From NCBI RefSeq assembly GCF_009914755.1, contig NC_060947.1: 64,000 nt of DNA; one strand, 5' to 3'. Position 1 is the first letter of the stretch. Each line of letters starts with the position of its first letter. The stretch is from the human T2T-CHM13v2.0 reference genome, Homo sapiens. The notes beneath the pieces are model-generated. The model was not told the DNA's origin. It did not search any database and worked only from the letters and a program-made list of their open reading frames with translations. This document shows positions 45,842 to 64,000 of the stretch, in pieces. A program made the position numbers and the translations under genes.

Positions 45842-46025
45842 AGTGCCTCTCAAATGTTAGTGCGCATAGAACCTCCTGGAGGGCTTGTTAAAACATATTG
45901 ACCTGGGCCCCAGCCGGGAGAGTCTGGTGTCTGGTTCAGCAGTTCTCGGGTGAGGCCTGAGAGTCTGCATGTCTCATAAGCCACTGATGTGGCTGGACCA
46001 TGGACCCCACCCTGAGCAGCAGTAT
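45842..46025. mobile_element. MER5A
   Basis: AGTGCCTCTCAAA..CCTGGAGGGCTTGTTAAAAC..GGCCTGAGAGTCTGCAT. Confidence 0.7.
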
Positions 46026-46496
46026 TCTAAAATACAGGCCCGACCCGTATTCATTGGCAGTGCGGGTGCTTGCTGTGCTTGGGCGTGGCCTTAATGAAAG
46101 CTAAGAGAGACCAAGCCACCACAGACAAGACAAAACTAATCTGCCAGGGTCTCGGAGGCAGGATTTTCTGCATCACACCTTTGATTAACTCTATGCAAGT
46201 GGTGATTAAAACCAAGCATCATCCACGGTTTCCATTACTGCTGAGCCTTCCCTGTGTAGAAGGCGCGTGTAAACAGCTCCCAGAGAAACACCCGCTGCTC
46301 TGTTTGTGTGTACTGACTGTAGCAATAGCAACAGCTGATAAACCTACGCTGGCCTTTTGGTTTATACAGGACTGGGACCAAACCTGCCCAATCCCGTCAA
46401 AGCTTTTGTTGTCAAGACAGATGGGGAGGGGTTGAGTCTGTTGCTCAGGTCAGCTGTGGCTAATGTTTCCTTTTGTGTTTTGTGTCTGTTGTCTAG

Positions 46497-46631
<135 letters not shown>

Positions 46632-46649
46632 TGATTTTTTTGGTACCAA

Positions 46650-46880
46650 TAATAAGAATAGCAAATTCTTCTGTAGCACTGTCATGCCAAGCACAGTTCC
46701 AAGCGTTTTACTTCTCCTAACTCATTAAGTTTCTCAATAAGACTATGACGTAGGTACTATTATTCTGCATTTGATAGTTGACGAAACTAAAGCACAGAGA
46801 GGTTAAGTGACTTGCCCCAGGTAACCAAGCTGGTAAGCTGTGAGTTGAACCCAGTGTTCTGACTTCAGGATTTACACACT
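46650..46880 (-). mobile_element. MIR
   Basis: GAAACTAAAGCACAGAGAGGTTAAGTGACTTGCCCCAGG core. Confidence 0.8.
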
Positions 46881-48230
46881 GTCTTCAAGATTTCTGTGCT
46901 ATTGCTTCTCAGATGATAAAAGCCTTGTCTTTGTAAACCAGGCATAACTCTTAAAGCCTGTGGAATCAGAGTTCATTAACCACACACATAAACACGCTGT
47001 AATAACTCATCAGTGCATCTGTGATGTAATGTGAGAGACGATAGTGGAGGTTTGTTGCTGTGAAAGTTCACTGATGATGAAATCTCTCTTGCCATGTTTT
47101 GCTCTTCTGGTGGCAAGCTAATAGCAATCTTTTAAAAACCTGAATTCTGCCTTTAATACATGTACTGTGAACGTACCCCCATGAATTTCGAGTTCTTATA
47201 AATAGTTTTCAGCACTTTCATGTAACCGAAGCATGAGGGAAGTGACCTCACCGATTAAGAGGAGTGCCTGAGACCAAACTTGAAACCTATGAGGACCTAC
47301 TGGGCAGAATCATGATAATTGAGCTGATTCCGGAAAAGCCCAGATGGTGGAAATTTTAGCCAGAAGTAATTTTAAAAGTTCTGGTATTATCACTGTAATC
47401 CATGCAGTTCAGTTCTCCTTTGGGTTGATGCCTTAGCGATGCACACAGGCAGTGGGCTAGAGAGTTTGAAGATGTAGTTGTGGGCTGAGTATGGCAGTAA
47501 ATCCACACCCTTTGGGAGGACCCTGCAGCCCTGATGGTGGTCCAGGCAGTTTGCAGAAAGGGCTGAAGTCATGAAAAGACAATCAGAGGCAAAATTCAAC
47601 ATGGTCTTGTTTCAGGAAAGATAGAAAAAAGAAGTCTTAATATGTCATGCTGAATTTTTGATGGTTGATGTTAACATATTGCTTCAGGAACCTGAAAAAT
47701 AAGCTGTATTACCAACCTGTTTTCTCAGCGCAGCCAGTTCTGCTATAATGCAACATACGCATTCCTAAAAATCACCATGCCATGCAAAATCACACAACAG
47801 AAACCACAGGGCTTTATGGGGAACATGAATTAGGGGCACAATACACAAAACTTCATCACTGACACATATGACAAAAAGAGGAACCTAGTAAAAACAGGAG
47901 CACAGCTGTACACATTAAGTGGCTAAGAAATATGTAAATACCACAATAAATATGTCACTTCCTGCAAAGAACTTGAAGTTTGCTTGTGGAAGTGGGTGTC
48001 GCAAGGGCTGCAACTTACGCGTTGCTGTGAAGGGCATAAGGAAGGTTATCTGAAGTTGTAGGGGAAGTTGAGACAGCAGGCGTAGATGGGTGTGGCACCC
48101 TGGCATATGTGTGAACCGGTAGATGTTTGACTCGTGTATTTTGTGTTTTCCTACATGACTGGGTGCAATTTTCTGCATTTACCTGGTATTTCTCCTGGAG
48201 GAAATGCGCATAAATAGACATAAAATTTGA

Positions 48231-48608
<378 letters not shown>

Positions 48609-48609
48609 T

Positions 48610-48879
48610 TCTTGTTTTTTTATTGTTTTATATAGAGACGAGGTCTCACTCTATTGCCCGGGCTGGTCTCAAATTCCTGGGCTCAAGTGATCCTCCCGCC
48701 TCAGCCTCCTGTGGAGCTGGGACTGCAGGCACGTGCCACCATGCCCAACTAATTTTTGTATTTTTTTGTAGGTTTTTGCCATGTTGCCCAGGCTGGTCTT
48801 GAAATCCTGGGCTCAAGCAATCCTCCCGCCTTGGCCTCCCAAAGTGCTAGGATTACAGGAGTGAGCCACAGTGCTTGAG
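48610..48879 (-). mobile_element. Old Alu dimer made of two left-arm-like monomers
   Basis: Both monomers read CTGGTCT(C/T)..CCTGGGCTCAAG and lack the right-arm insertion. Confidence 0.75.
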
Positions 48880-49249
48880 GCAAATTTGCATTTTCCAACC
48901 AAGTGTCGTAGCAGAGCTGACTGTATTTTATTTGATGTCTAAAACATCTCAGTTTGTGATCCCACTGCCCAACAGTAGGCATTTTTGACTCAAGCATTTT
49001 GCAAATAAGGAGATGGCCGATGGGGAATTGGTGGAAAATAGAAGCAGTAAGAGGCACACTGGGTAGTCCCATCTCTCCCTTCCAAGAACTGTAGATGTGT
49101 GGCTCAGCTGGTGTCCTTATAGACAGGGAGTTCGAATATCAGTTCTATCTTTGAAGGGCTGGCTGGACTTTGTCATCATCTAAATTGGGCATTTTATTGG
49201 TGATAGCTGAACTCAGAAGGAGTAAAATACTGAGTTGAGGATTTGTTTC

Positions 49250-49545
49250 TTTTCTTTTCTTTTTTTGACAAGGTCTCACTCTGTTGCCCAGGCTGGAGTG
49301 CAGTGGCATGATCACAGCTCACTGCAGCTTTGAACTCCCAGTTTCAGGCAGTCCTCCTGCCTCAGCCTCCTGAGTAGCTGAGACTATAGGTGTGCATCAT
49401 CATACCTGGCTAATTTTTGTACTTTTTGTAAAGGTGGGCTTTCACCATGTTGCCCAGACTGGTCTCTAACTCCTGGGCTTAAGTGATTCGCCTGCCTTGG
49501 CCTCCCAAAGTGCTGGGATTACAGGTGTGAGCCACTGTACCTAGC
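49250..49545 (-). mobile_element. AluJ with TSD TGAG(G/C)ATTTGTTTCTT
   Basis: Reverse-complement dimer with TSD. Confidence 0.92.
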
Positions 49546-50383
49546 TGAGCATTTGTTTCTTATGTGACAAAAGTGCAAGGGATACATAGACATGGATGAA
49601 ATTAAAAAATGTGATGTTAAGTGAAAAAGCAAGTTTTACAAGGAGAAAGTATGATTGATAGAACGTCTATAAACAGCTAAAATGAAAAAACGTATGTGCT
49701 AAAACTATAGAGAAAGGGGAAGAAATGGTAGGAAGTGGTGAGGGGAAGGAGGAAGGTTCGACTGGGGAGGCAAACACGAGGTAGCCACTCTTCTGTTTCT
49801 TAAACTTGGTAGTGGGCACATGGGTACTCGCTTTTATTAGTATTCTTTTAACTCTATATAAGTGCGTGATGGATTCATTTCTCTATTTCCTAAATAGTTC
49901 ATAACAATCTTTTAAAGAACTTTCAGGAACCAAATGGAGGTTTGACCCAGCAGTAGCAAAGTCTTCATGTTACTATAGTAGAGCTGGAAATTCTTAACAT
50001 AAGGATACAGTATTTTTCCCAGTTCTTGGAGGAGAGGGTCAGAGTAAAAAGTAAATATAAATAAATAAATCATGGGTAAAAAGAATCTCCTCCCAGTCAG
50101 CACCCAACTAAATATGGAAACTGACTTCAGTTGAGACATGAAGCTGTTCTTCATTCATTCTAGCAAAGATATTGACTGAACTATTTGGAAAACATGTTTA
50201 TCATTGTCTGAGGTGATCTGCCATAAGCTGCTATATGGCACACTGTGTAAGAATGAACTTTGACTGTGATGCACTTATGTATATTTAAAAAATTGCTCAT
50301 CCTCCCTAGCATTTGTTTCTAAAACATTTTGATTACTTAGAGTGAAAAATTCCTTTGGAAACATTTTTTAAAATGCAAATTTA

Positions 50384-50569
<186 letters not shown>

Positions 50570-50629
50570 TTATTTTATGTAATAAATGCTCTCTATAAAA
50601 GTTCTATAAAGCACATTTAAAGGTGAATG

Positions 50630-51330
<701 letters not shown>

Positions 51331-53061
51331 TCAACTATATGAGAAATCATACCCTCTCAGAACTTACTCTGTGTTGATGTTTCAGTTTATTAAAAAACAT
51401 AAAACATAAACACTCTTACAAATATTTATTTATCGGAAAGAGTTCTGGTTTTCAGGTTAACACCAGCAAGTCACAAATCCGCTGCAGTACATCTCGTTAA
51501 AGCCCTGCTCGCTTCAGTCTCTATGAATTCAAATTAAAGCAAGTGATTGGATTTTGCCATCTACTGGGAATGAATTTGTCTTATTTAGTCCCTAATTTGA
51601 TCATGAGAATTTTATAAAATCATGTTAGAGAATTACAAAATACCTATTACATTGTTCAATTCACCACATGTCATGGCTGGCAAAGGCTCAGGTAATTTAG
51701 ATGCTTGTAATTTTCTAAATGGTATTACGCTTTTAAACTATACCCTTGGGTCCAAATCCACATTAACTAACTGACAAAAAATTATAGATAATTTTATTTG
51801 AGGCAACACAAAAGGGCAGAATTGTGGCAGGCGTAATAAAACATCCCTTAAATAAAGGGATCTGAGATCCCAGAGCACGGGCTCAATTAAGCTAACTACC
51901 ACTAGTTAAGGACGGGTCTAACCACCACTAGTTTGTCTGCCACGAGTTCAAGGCTAGTTCAGGAAACACCATCTGACTGTATAGCTAGGAGACCTTGCAC
52001 ATGTTCTGTAGGAAGGAGCTCACTGAGTCCTTCAGGAACATACACACTCTTGGATGAGCTCACTTCATGACCCTCCCCAAATCGCCCAAGGTGACATGAT
52101 GCTCAGTAGAAGGACCTGGTGAAAGAACAAAGAGTGTTTCACGGCTCTCCCTTAAATACTGTATTGAGAAATAAGGAATCTCTGTGCTGCTCTTTTCAGG
52201 AATCAAGCAGTGCTCTCCACCTGGGCTGCATTTTCGAGTCACCTACAGAGGCTGTAAAAATCCTCATACCCTGGATGCACCTCAGACCAATTATATCAAA
52301 TCTCTGGGGTGAGAGCCAGCCAGCAGTGTTTTCTAATTCCCCAGGTGACTCTGATGAGTGCCACGGTTGAGAACGACTGTAGTAGCTATTTGAGAAACTG
52401 ATTACTTGGCAGAGCAATGCCCACAAGGAGGTGTTTTGAAGTTACATAAATAACACTGACAAGAGATAACCTTGTCCCATTATGTATTACATAATGGGAA
52501 AACCAGAAATTGACCACAGATTTCATTGACTGATTCACTTGGTGTCTAATTAATCTGTGATTACAGGCTTGTAAGTTGCTAACCCGGCAGTAAACATTCA
52601 GTCCATTTCAGCCAATTGGGGGACGGGTTGGAGGTAGAAAAGTTGTTTGATCATTGATGATGCTTCTATATCTAAGAGAATACCATTTTGGCAGGGGAGA
52701 GGCCCTTGGTGTATGAAGTTAATCACTGTGATAGGCACCCAGTTGAATTCTAAAAGCATTAGGCAAAGACTCAAGTGAACGTTTAGGAAGAAAGCCATTA
52801 TTTGGTATTTATAAAATGCAGCAGGTCTGGAAATGGAGCAAGATAACACTCCCTATAGTCAAAGTCCTTTACAATAAAAGAGGGTAGGATTTGATAGAAG
52901 AGAAGGGGTCATGATGGATTCAAACATCTTTACATCCCCCAAACATATATCATTGGAATGTTGAGCGTCTTCTTCATTTTCTACTGTTGTATTAAGAATA
53001 TTTTCAAACATACAGAAAAGTTGAAAGAATTGGACAGTAAAAATTCATTAATTCATTGCCT

Positions 53062-53169
53062 CCAGCAGGGGTTGGCAAACTTTTCCTATAAAAGAAAGAG
53101 AGTCAATATATTAGGCCTTGGAGGCCAATGGGCAAGATGGAGCAACTATTCTCACCAGAAAGCTAGTAG

Positions 53170-53209
<40 letters not shown>

Positions 53210-53310
53210 TACTACTTTTAAAAATGTTAAAACTACACTTGGCTCGTGGGTCATACAAAAATAGGTAGTGGGCCAGATTTGGACCACAGTCTGTAGTTTG
53301 TCAACCCCTG
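53062..53310. mobile_element. MER58-type element with a long T run (53172-53206)
   Basis: CAGGGGTTGGCAAACTTTT...GTAGTTTGTCAACCCCTG inverted termini. Confidence 0.8.
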
Positions 53311-53747
53311 ACCTAAAGTTCAACTGTCATTTTGCTCTTGTAGGGGCAAACACCTTTTTAGGGGTTTGCGGCTGGGCCTGCGAATTAAATTGACATATAA
53401 GACAGATCAACAGGAGAAAAGCATACATGTTTATTTAATGAATTTTACATGACATGGGAGCCTTCATAAGGAGTGAAGACCCAAAGATGAAGTTAGGGTT
53501 GAATACTTATGTGCTGAATTGGACGAGTAGTAATCTATGAAAGTGTGACGAGGCAGAGGAGCCTGGGCTGGGGGGTTAGCTGGGTGAAGTGGCCAGGAGG
53601 ATGAGGGTTAGTCTAACAAGGTTGGTTCATGCAGATTTCCCTCAGCCTCAACTTCCTGTCTTTGATGATAAGAATGATGCTTCCTTCTAGTATCGGAAGG
53701 GCATCTTTCACATGGGAATTTCATCTCCAGCTTTTAAGAAACAAAAT

Positions 53748-54052
53748 GGGCCAGTTGCGGTGGCTCATGCCTGTAATCCCAGCACTTTGGGAGGCCAAGG
53801 CGGGCGGATCACAAGATCAGGAGATGGAGTCCATCCTGGCTAACAGGGTGAAACCCCATCTCTACTAAAAGTACAAAAAATTAGCCGGGCATGATGGCGG
53901 GTGACTGTAGTCCCAGCTACTCAGGAGGCTGAGGCAGGAGAATGGCGTGAACCCAGGAGGCAGAGCTTGCAGTGAGCCGAGACCGCACCACTGCACTCCA
54001 GCCTGGGCAACAGTGCAAGACTCCATCTCAAAAAAAAAAAAAAAAAAGAAAA
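53748..54052 (+). mobile_element. AluY with TSD AAGAAACA(A/G)AAT
   Basis: Y-diagnostic CCATCCTGGCTAAC, GAATGGCGTGAACC, GAGCTTGCAG. Confidence 0.9.
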
Positions 54053-54114
54053 AGAAACAGAATGGTCAGGTGATGTTCTTGTTCTTGTACCTGCTGTTTT
54101 TCAAGAGCCTTTAA

Positions 54115-54476
<362 letters not shown>

Positions 54477-54875
54477 GGGGTAGCATATTCTTAACTACTT
54501 CACTCTCCTTGCCTTGTCACATAGTCAGCCAGCTCTCCATCTCTTAATCTAGGATATATTTCAGAGTCAAAAGTTAACAGTTAACATCAATAGGTACATG
54601 TCTCTTCTCAACATAACAAAAGGTAATGTGAACAGGATAAAATGCCATAAATCAAGTGAGACCTTGTTAATGATTTATTCAGTCCTCTTTAGGATCTTTT
54701 GGTACTCTAGGACTCCTTACGATTTACCATGCATTGAGTTTTTAATATTTCAGTTAATATAAAATTATAGTTAAATCAAAAATGAAAATGGTTTCTGTTC
54801 CATGCTATTGAGTGAATCTAAACTTTGAACGTGTCTCTCAGAGGAATTATAGCTCTTTTCCTAGCCATGGATTGA

Positions 54876-55232
<357 letters not shown>

Positions 55233-55252
55233 TAGAACTATTTGTTTTGTAG

Positions 55253-55348
<96 letters not shown>

Positions 55349-55386
55349 TGAGGGAATTCGTGATTTTGAGCAGCAAGGCCCGTTGA

Positions 55387-55777
<391 letters not shown>

Positions 55778-55912
55778 ACCAGCGATAAATTCCTGTTTTC
55801 AAGTATTGTTTCAAAAATTGCCAAGGTGATTTTTTAAAAAGATTTACAGTATTCTCCCTCTCATAACCAACTTAATTAAGCATTTTTGATTTTGGTAACC
55901 CAAACGGGTTAT

Positions 55913-56277
55913 TCCAGGGGTTGGCAAACGTTTCTGTAAAAGGCCAGGTAGTAAATGTTTTTGGTTTTGTGGGCCATGCAATTTCTGTTGTAGCTGCTCA
56001 GCTCTGCTGTCATAGCATGAAAGCAGCTGTGAACAATACGTACACAAATGGGCATGTCTGCATTTCCATAGATGTTTCCTTATGGGCACTGAAATTTGAA
56101 TTTTATGGTTTTCACATGTCACAAAATATTGTTCTTCTTTTGAATATTTCAAATCAAAAGATTTTTTCACCTTTTTCAATCAATTAAAAATGTAAAAACC
56201 ATTCTTAACTCATGTGCCATACAAATGCATTCACTGGGCTGCACGTGACTTGCAGCCCAGAGTTTTCCAAACCCTGA
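55913..56277. mobile_element. MER58B
   Basis: CAGGGGTTGGCAAACGTTTCTGTAAAAGGCCAG...AAAAATGTAAAAACCATTCTTA..AACCCTG. Confidence 0.85.
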
Positions 56278-56580
56278 TCTACTCTGTTTTCTGTAGAATC
56301 CAATCCAGAGGTTTATTTGCTTCTAGGGGAGTCTCTGTGCCATGAACAGAATTATGATTAAATACTTTTCTCTTAAAAATATAGCCCAAACCCACCTTGA
56401 TTAGTGTCCATTCCACTTCTAGACATAGTTAGATTCCTCCAGGTATCTTTGCTGATGCGTTTTGGTCACATTAAGTCCAGGCTCATGGAATGAGTGTGTC
56501 CACTCTTGGACTTAGAGTGTGACTTTCCTGCCAACCAGAGGGCTTGGCTCTGAGCAGCTCTTTCTCCGGCCAGTCTTTAA

Positions 56581-57450
<870 letters not shown>

Positions 57451-57803
57451 CATTCCCAGAACAGGTGGTGGTGACCACAGGTTTCCTGCCGCTGGCCAGG
57501 TGATGCCAGGTGGTGGAAAAAGCCCAGGTTTGGCTCAGTTTGGCTCATTAAACATGCATTGAGTATCAGCTGTATCTTAGGCATCGTGCTAAGTCTGAGG
57601 GATACAGAACCCAAACAGAAAGCTGCCCTTGCAGAGCACACAGCTCTGGGAGAAAGAGATGCAGACCTGGAGTTCTGACATTGTGATGAGCACCACGCTG
57701 GTATGACGGGAGCACAGAGTGAGTGTGTCCCCCGTCTGGGTAGGGCTGGGCATGACAGGGGCTCTTTGCACACATCCTCTTTGAAGAACAGAGCTGTGGA
57801 TGA

Positions 57804-58222
<419 letters not shown>

Positions 58223-58384
58223 CAGCACATGCCTTCATTACTCTTGTTCCTAAAGCCAGAGAAGAGACAGCTGGTTTCCTCTTTCATTGTGTTAAAATCA
58301 TTTGTTAAAATCATTATGTTAAAATACTTTAAAAGCCCCTCCTAAAGAACTTTCTTTTATGGAACCTGGGATTTTGTTATTATA

Positions 58385-59000
58385 GCTTTTTTTTTTTTTT
58401 TGAAATGAGGTAAAACCCATAAAACATAAATGATCATTTTAAAGTATACAGTTCAGTGGCATTACATACATTCACAATATTGTGCAATTAACACCTGTAT
58501 TTAGCTTTAGAACATTTTCATCCCCCAAACGGAAATCCCATCTCCATTAACAGTCATTCCCCATTTTTCCCTCCTGCAGCCCCGGCAACCACTAATCTGT
58601 CTCTAGATTCGCCTATTTTGGACACTTCATATAAATGATATCATATAATATGTGGCCTTTGGTGACTGGCTTTTTTCGTTTAGTGCAATGTTTTCAAGGT
58701 TCATTCACATTGTAGCATGTGTCACTACTTCATTTTTATGGCTGAATAGTATTCCATTCTATGGAGATCCCACATTTTGTTTATCCACTCATCCTTTGAT
58801 GGACATTTGTGTTGTTTCCACCTTTTGGCTATTATGAATAATGCTATCATTACTTACTTAAAGAAACTTTTATTAGAGTATATCGTTCATATAGAGAAGT
58901 GTACAGCTTGATGGAGTTTCATAAAACACACACACACACCTGTGTAACCAGCACCCAGGACCAGAAGCAGAACATTATCCACCTCCCAGAGCCCCCTTTT
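58385..59000 (-). mobile_element. L1MB plus L1ME 3' fragments
   Basis: CATTTTAAAGTATACAGTTCAGTGGCATT..; GTGTACAGCTTGATG. Confidence 0.8.
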
Positions 59001-59054
59001 GTGTTCCATTACTATTGCTTTCTGTGTGGCATTTCTATGAATTGTCTTTTAATT

Positions 59055-59881
<827 letters not shown>

Positions 59882-60928
59882 TCATAGTGGTCAAATACAA
59901 ACCTGAATTTGGGCCTTAAGAACAAGGATGAGTAGGCCTTATTAAACAGCTGGCTGTCTCTGATCTGTCATCTCCTAGCAAAGGGATTTGTTTTCATGTC
60001 TCAGGAAGATGCTGGTAACATTTTATGATGCTTGCTGAGAAAAGTCTCCTTTGATGTTACAGGGATATAAATGATGTAGAATAAGGGGAAGCTCAGAAAG
60101 GAATGATTTCCTAAGGAGTATTCTGACTCTAGAAATCACACCCAAGGATCCAAACTTCACTTGAATTAGGTTAAAGTTCTGCTTCCATCCTCAGATGGGT
60201 AACCACCTGGGGCTGGCTGGCATCATTGCAGCTGCTGCCCATGGTCAGCGGTCACGTGTCATTTCAGCGAACACAGGGAGTCAGGCTTGTTCTATAGTAC
60301 ATGTGTGGTCATTAGATAAACTAAAATGTATCTTCATCCAGCAGGGTAGAGAACACGCTGGTACCAAGATCTCTTAGTTTACATTCTATTTCTTTGCTGC
60401 CCCTATCCTGGCTTGAAAATATTCAGAATACTTATTAGAAAATGTACTTCATTAGGAAGAGGGAATTGCCTCCCTCGTCTCTCTCTGACAGGTATTCAGC
60501 TACCACCTACTAGAGAGGGCAGGGAGCCATTGAAGTGCTTTCTGGAAGATCCAGGGTGGCTGCAATGATGGACTTAGCTTCTTTATTTTACCTGGGAGCA
60601 GTCGCAGGCCCTTCTTTTCCATTTTCATGCTGTGGCTTGACATTTAATTTTAAAAGCCATTCTGAATGACATGGCAAGGGGCGAGAGAAAGTGGTGTCTC
60701 AACTGACAGATGCTCACTTTGAATGTTATTTGCAGTGGGGCTTATCATTCTTTAATCCACAGCAGGCAAACCCAGCCAGCTTTTGAAGGAGAGGGAATCA
60801 AAGTATAAAATTGCGTTCTCTCTAAGTTGCAGTAGATATGACTGACTAGGCAGGTCAAATTATTTGTCCCACCTTTCCCCAGCTGACCTATTTTGCAGAG
60901 TTGCACCTCCTCTGAAGACTGAAGCTAA

Positions 60929-61291
<363 letters not shown>

Positions 61292-61419
61292 TGAACATTT
61301 TCTTTACTCAGGATAGGCTGGGTTGTGTGGCTATAACAAGTAAACCCCTAAATCACAATGGCTTAACGCACCAAGGCTATGTCTCGCTCACTATGCAGAC
61401 ACACACACACACACACAAA

Positions 61420-61781
61420 CAGATGCCCTCAACTTATGATGGGGTTAACATCCTGATAAATGCATCATAAACTGAAAATATTATAAGTTGAAAATGCATT
61501 GAATACACCTAACCTACCAAACGTTGTAGCTTAGCTTAGCCTACCTTAAACATGTTCAGAACACTTACATTTGCCTACATCTGGGCACAATCATCTAACA
61601 CAAAGCCTATTTTATAATGAAGTTGAATATCTCTTGTAATTTATTGAATATTGTACTGGAAGTGAGAAACAGATGGTTGCCTGTGTACTTGAGGCATGGT
61701 TTCTACTGAATGCCTGTTGCTTTTGTACCACGGAAAGTGGCAAAATTGTAAGTTAAACCATCGTAAGTCAGGGACTGTCTG
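61420..61781. mobile_element. MER47A (Tigger family)
   Basis: CAGATGCCCTCAACTTATGATGGGGTTA...AACCATCGTAAGTCAGGGACTGTCTG followed by TA. Confidence 0.85.
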
Positions 61782-62117
61782 TAAATAAAAATCTTGGTTT
61801 AGCAGAAGGCGCTTCTCCACCTAATCATTCAGGGGCACAAAGGTGGGTCTGTCCCCTGTCTATAGTCCTTAAGAATTTCTGTGATATTCTGTTTATGGGG
61901 TTCTTGAAGAGCACCATGCTTGCTTAGTCAGAAGCTTGCAGAGCCCATGTAGGATCCACTCACCAAAAAGCTTGTGTGGGCCACGGTGAATAGACAACCC
62001 GGGATCCGTCATTGGAGCAGAGGCCCCAGTGAGATGCAACTTCAGGCTCCCCAACGCAAAGCCACATTTGACAGGGCCTGGCCTGGGTTCCAGAGGCCCA
62101 GTGTAGGAAGCATGTAG

Positions 62118-62642
<525 letters not shown>

Positions 62643-62735
62643 TAAAGAGAGGGAAGCTCACATTTTACCAAGAGCCGAATGGCATCCTTTGTACCCCTAA
62701 CATTATCCAAGATTTTTGAGGTGATGTGCATTAAG

Positions 62736-62890
62736 CCAGGGGCTCTCAAGCTTTCACATGTCTCTGGGTCACCCAGGGGTCTGGCTCAAAAGCAGATTCT
62801 GATTGAGCAGGTCTTGGGTGGGATCCGATACTACATCCCTCACAAGTTCCCCATTAACGCCGATATTGCTGGTCCCCACGTCACACTGTA
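62736..62890. mobile_element. MER5A
   Basis: CAGGGGCTCTCAAGCTTT..GCAGATTCTGATT..ACAAGTTCCC. Confidence 0.65.
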
Positions 62891-64000
62891 AGGAAAAAGG
62901 CTTTAAACCCAAGTCTTGGGTAGACATTCTTGGTTGCAAAGTGACTGCATGTTTGCAAGCAGCCCCCTGGCCCTGCTCCGCTGCTGCCTTTCAGCAATTG
63001 TTGGCTAAAGCTGAGAAGGAAGAGAGGCGACAGCCTGGAGTGGCCCGGGCTGAGCTGTCTCAGAGACTTTCAGGTGTACCAACCATCCGGCTGAGATCAC
63101 GAGTTCTCTGCCCCAGACACCCCTTGCCACCACACAAGTCTTTTGCTTCACTTTGTGATATGATGTCAGATTCCACAGTTAGAGGCCCTTGTGGGTAAAT
63201 GTGCAGACATCGCTGAAACCAATTGCGTGAGATGATTTTCCTCTTGTGTTTGAATGACAATCAGCTGCACTGAGGGGCAGGCTGTTGAGTTGGGGGAGGG
63301 GAGTATGGGATGATGCCCAGGTCAGGGTGTCCCAACGACAGGTGGATCAGAGAAGCAAGCCCATGGGCCCCATCAGCCGAGGGATGGCTCCAACAGAAGG
63401 GTAAACAGGAGGTAGGAGAATTCCTAAGACAGAGGGGCCTAGGGCTGCGGGCTGAGGGCCAGAGGTCTGGTTGTGAGTTGCTGGGACCCCAGGCAAGGAG
63501 AAGCTGTGAGCCTTGGAGGGGTAGAGTCCTGCTGGGCCTCAAGGTGGCAGGGGCAAGGACCAGCATAGCACATCCACGGGCACGCTCACCATCCTTGCTC
63601 TGTGATCTGTACAACATTCCAGCATCTCATGATAGACCAGGGCCCATGGCGTGGCTCCCATGTGCACACGACAGTTTTACTATATATCTTCTAGAGTATT
63701 CTTGAAGCTTGTCAATGGGACTTTCCCTGGTCTGATGTTGGAATGGCCCACTGTTAATACATCTCCACCAGGCAACTGCTTACTTCTCTCCCTGTCCTTT
63801 GTTTCCTGTTTCCAAGGCACCTCCCTTAAACCTCTTCCCAGTGTTACATAGCTTTAAAATATCTTTAAGGCATCTTCATCAAAGGCTTTATAACAATAAG
63901 TTGAGATAAGCTATCCTCTCCCATTTTAGCTTGACACTCAAACATTTTTACCTCCCCCAAAGTAAAAATTGATTTTGTATTTTAGACACCGTAGCAAGTT

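Overview
Primate (human-like, Alu-rich) genomic DNA containing the promoter and most of CLCN4 on the + strand. CLCN4 encodes ClC-4, an endosomal 2Cl-/H+ exchanger; the human gene is at Xp22.2. I reconstructed two non-coding exons (~5535-5657, 6846-7108) and nine coding exons (33592-62637). All introns are GT-AG and the splice phases fit. Together they encode residues 1-658, including the GSGIPE, GKEGP, LEE (proton glutamate), GLFIP and GIY motifs and CBS1; the remaining 3' exons lie beyond the window. The rest is intronic or intergenic DNA rich in Alu, L1, L2, MIR, MLT/MER LTRs and hAT/Tigger DNA transposons. Repeat family calls come from recalled consensus sequences and their boundaries are approximate. 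I found no new multi-gene system. The most interesting hypotheses are RNA-level. (1) An exon 3-4 back-splice would give a 255-nt stop-free circular ORF that contains the start codon and is flanked by inverted Alus. (2) The 5'UTR is dense in uORFs; one is separated from the main ORF by a single TGA and another fuses in frame if exon 3 is skipped. (3) A palindromic TATA lies upstream of in-frame ATGs just before exon 3. (4) CLEAR/E-box motifs occur near the promoter and in intron 2. (5) Several retroelements show nested or serial insertion histories.
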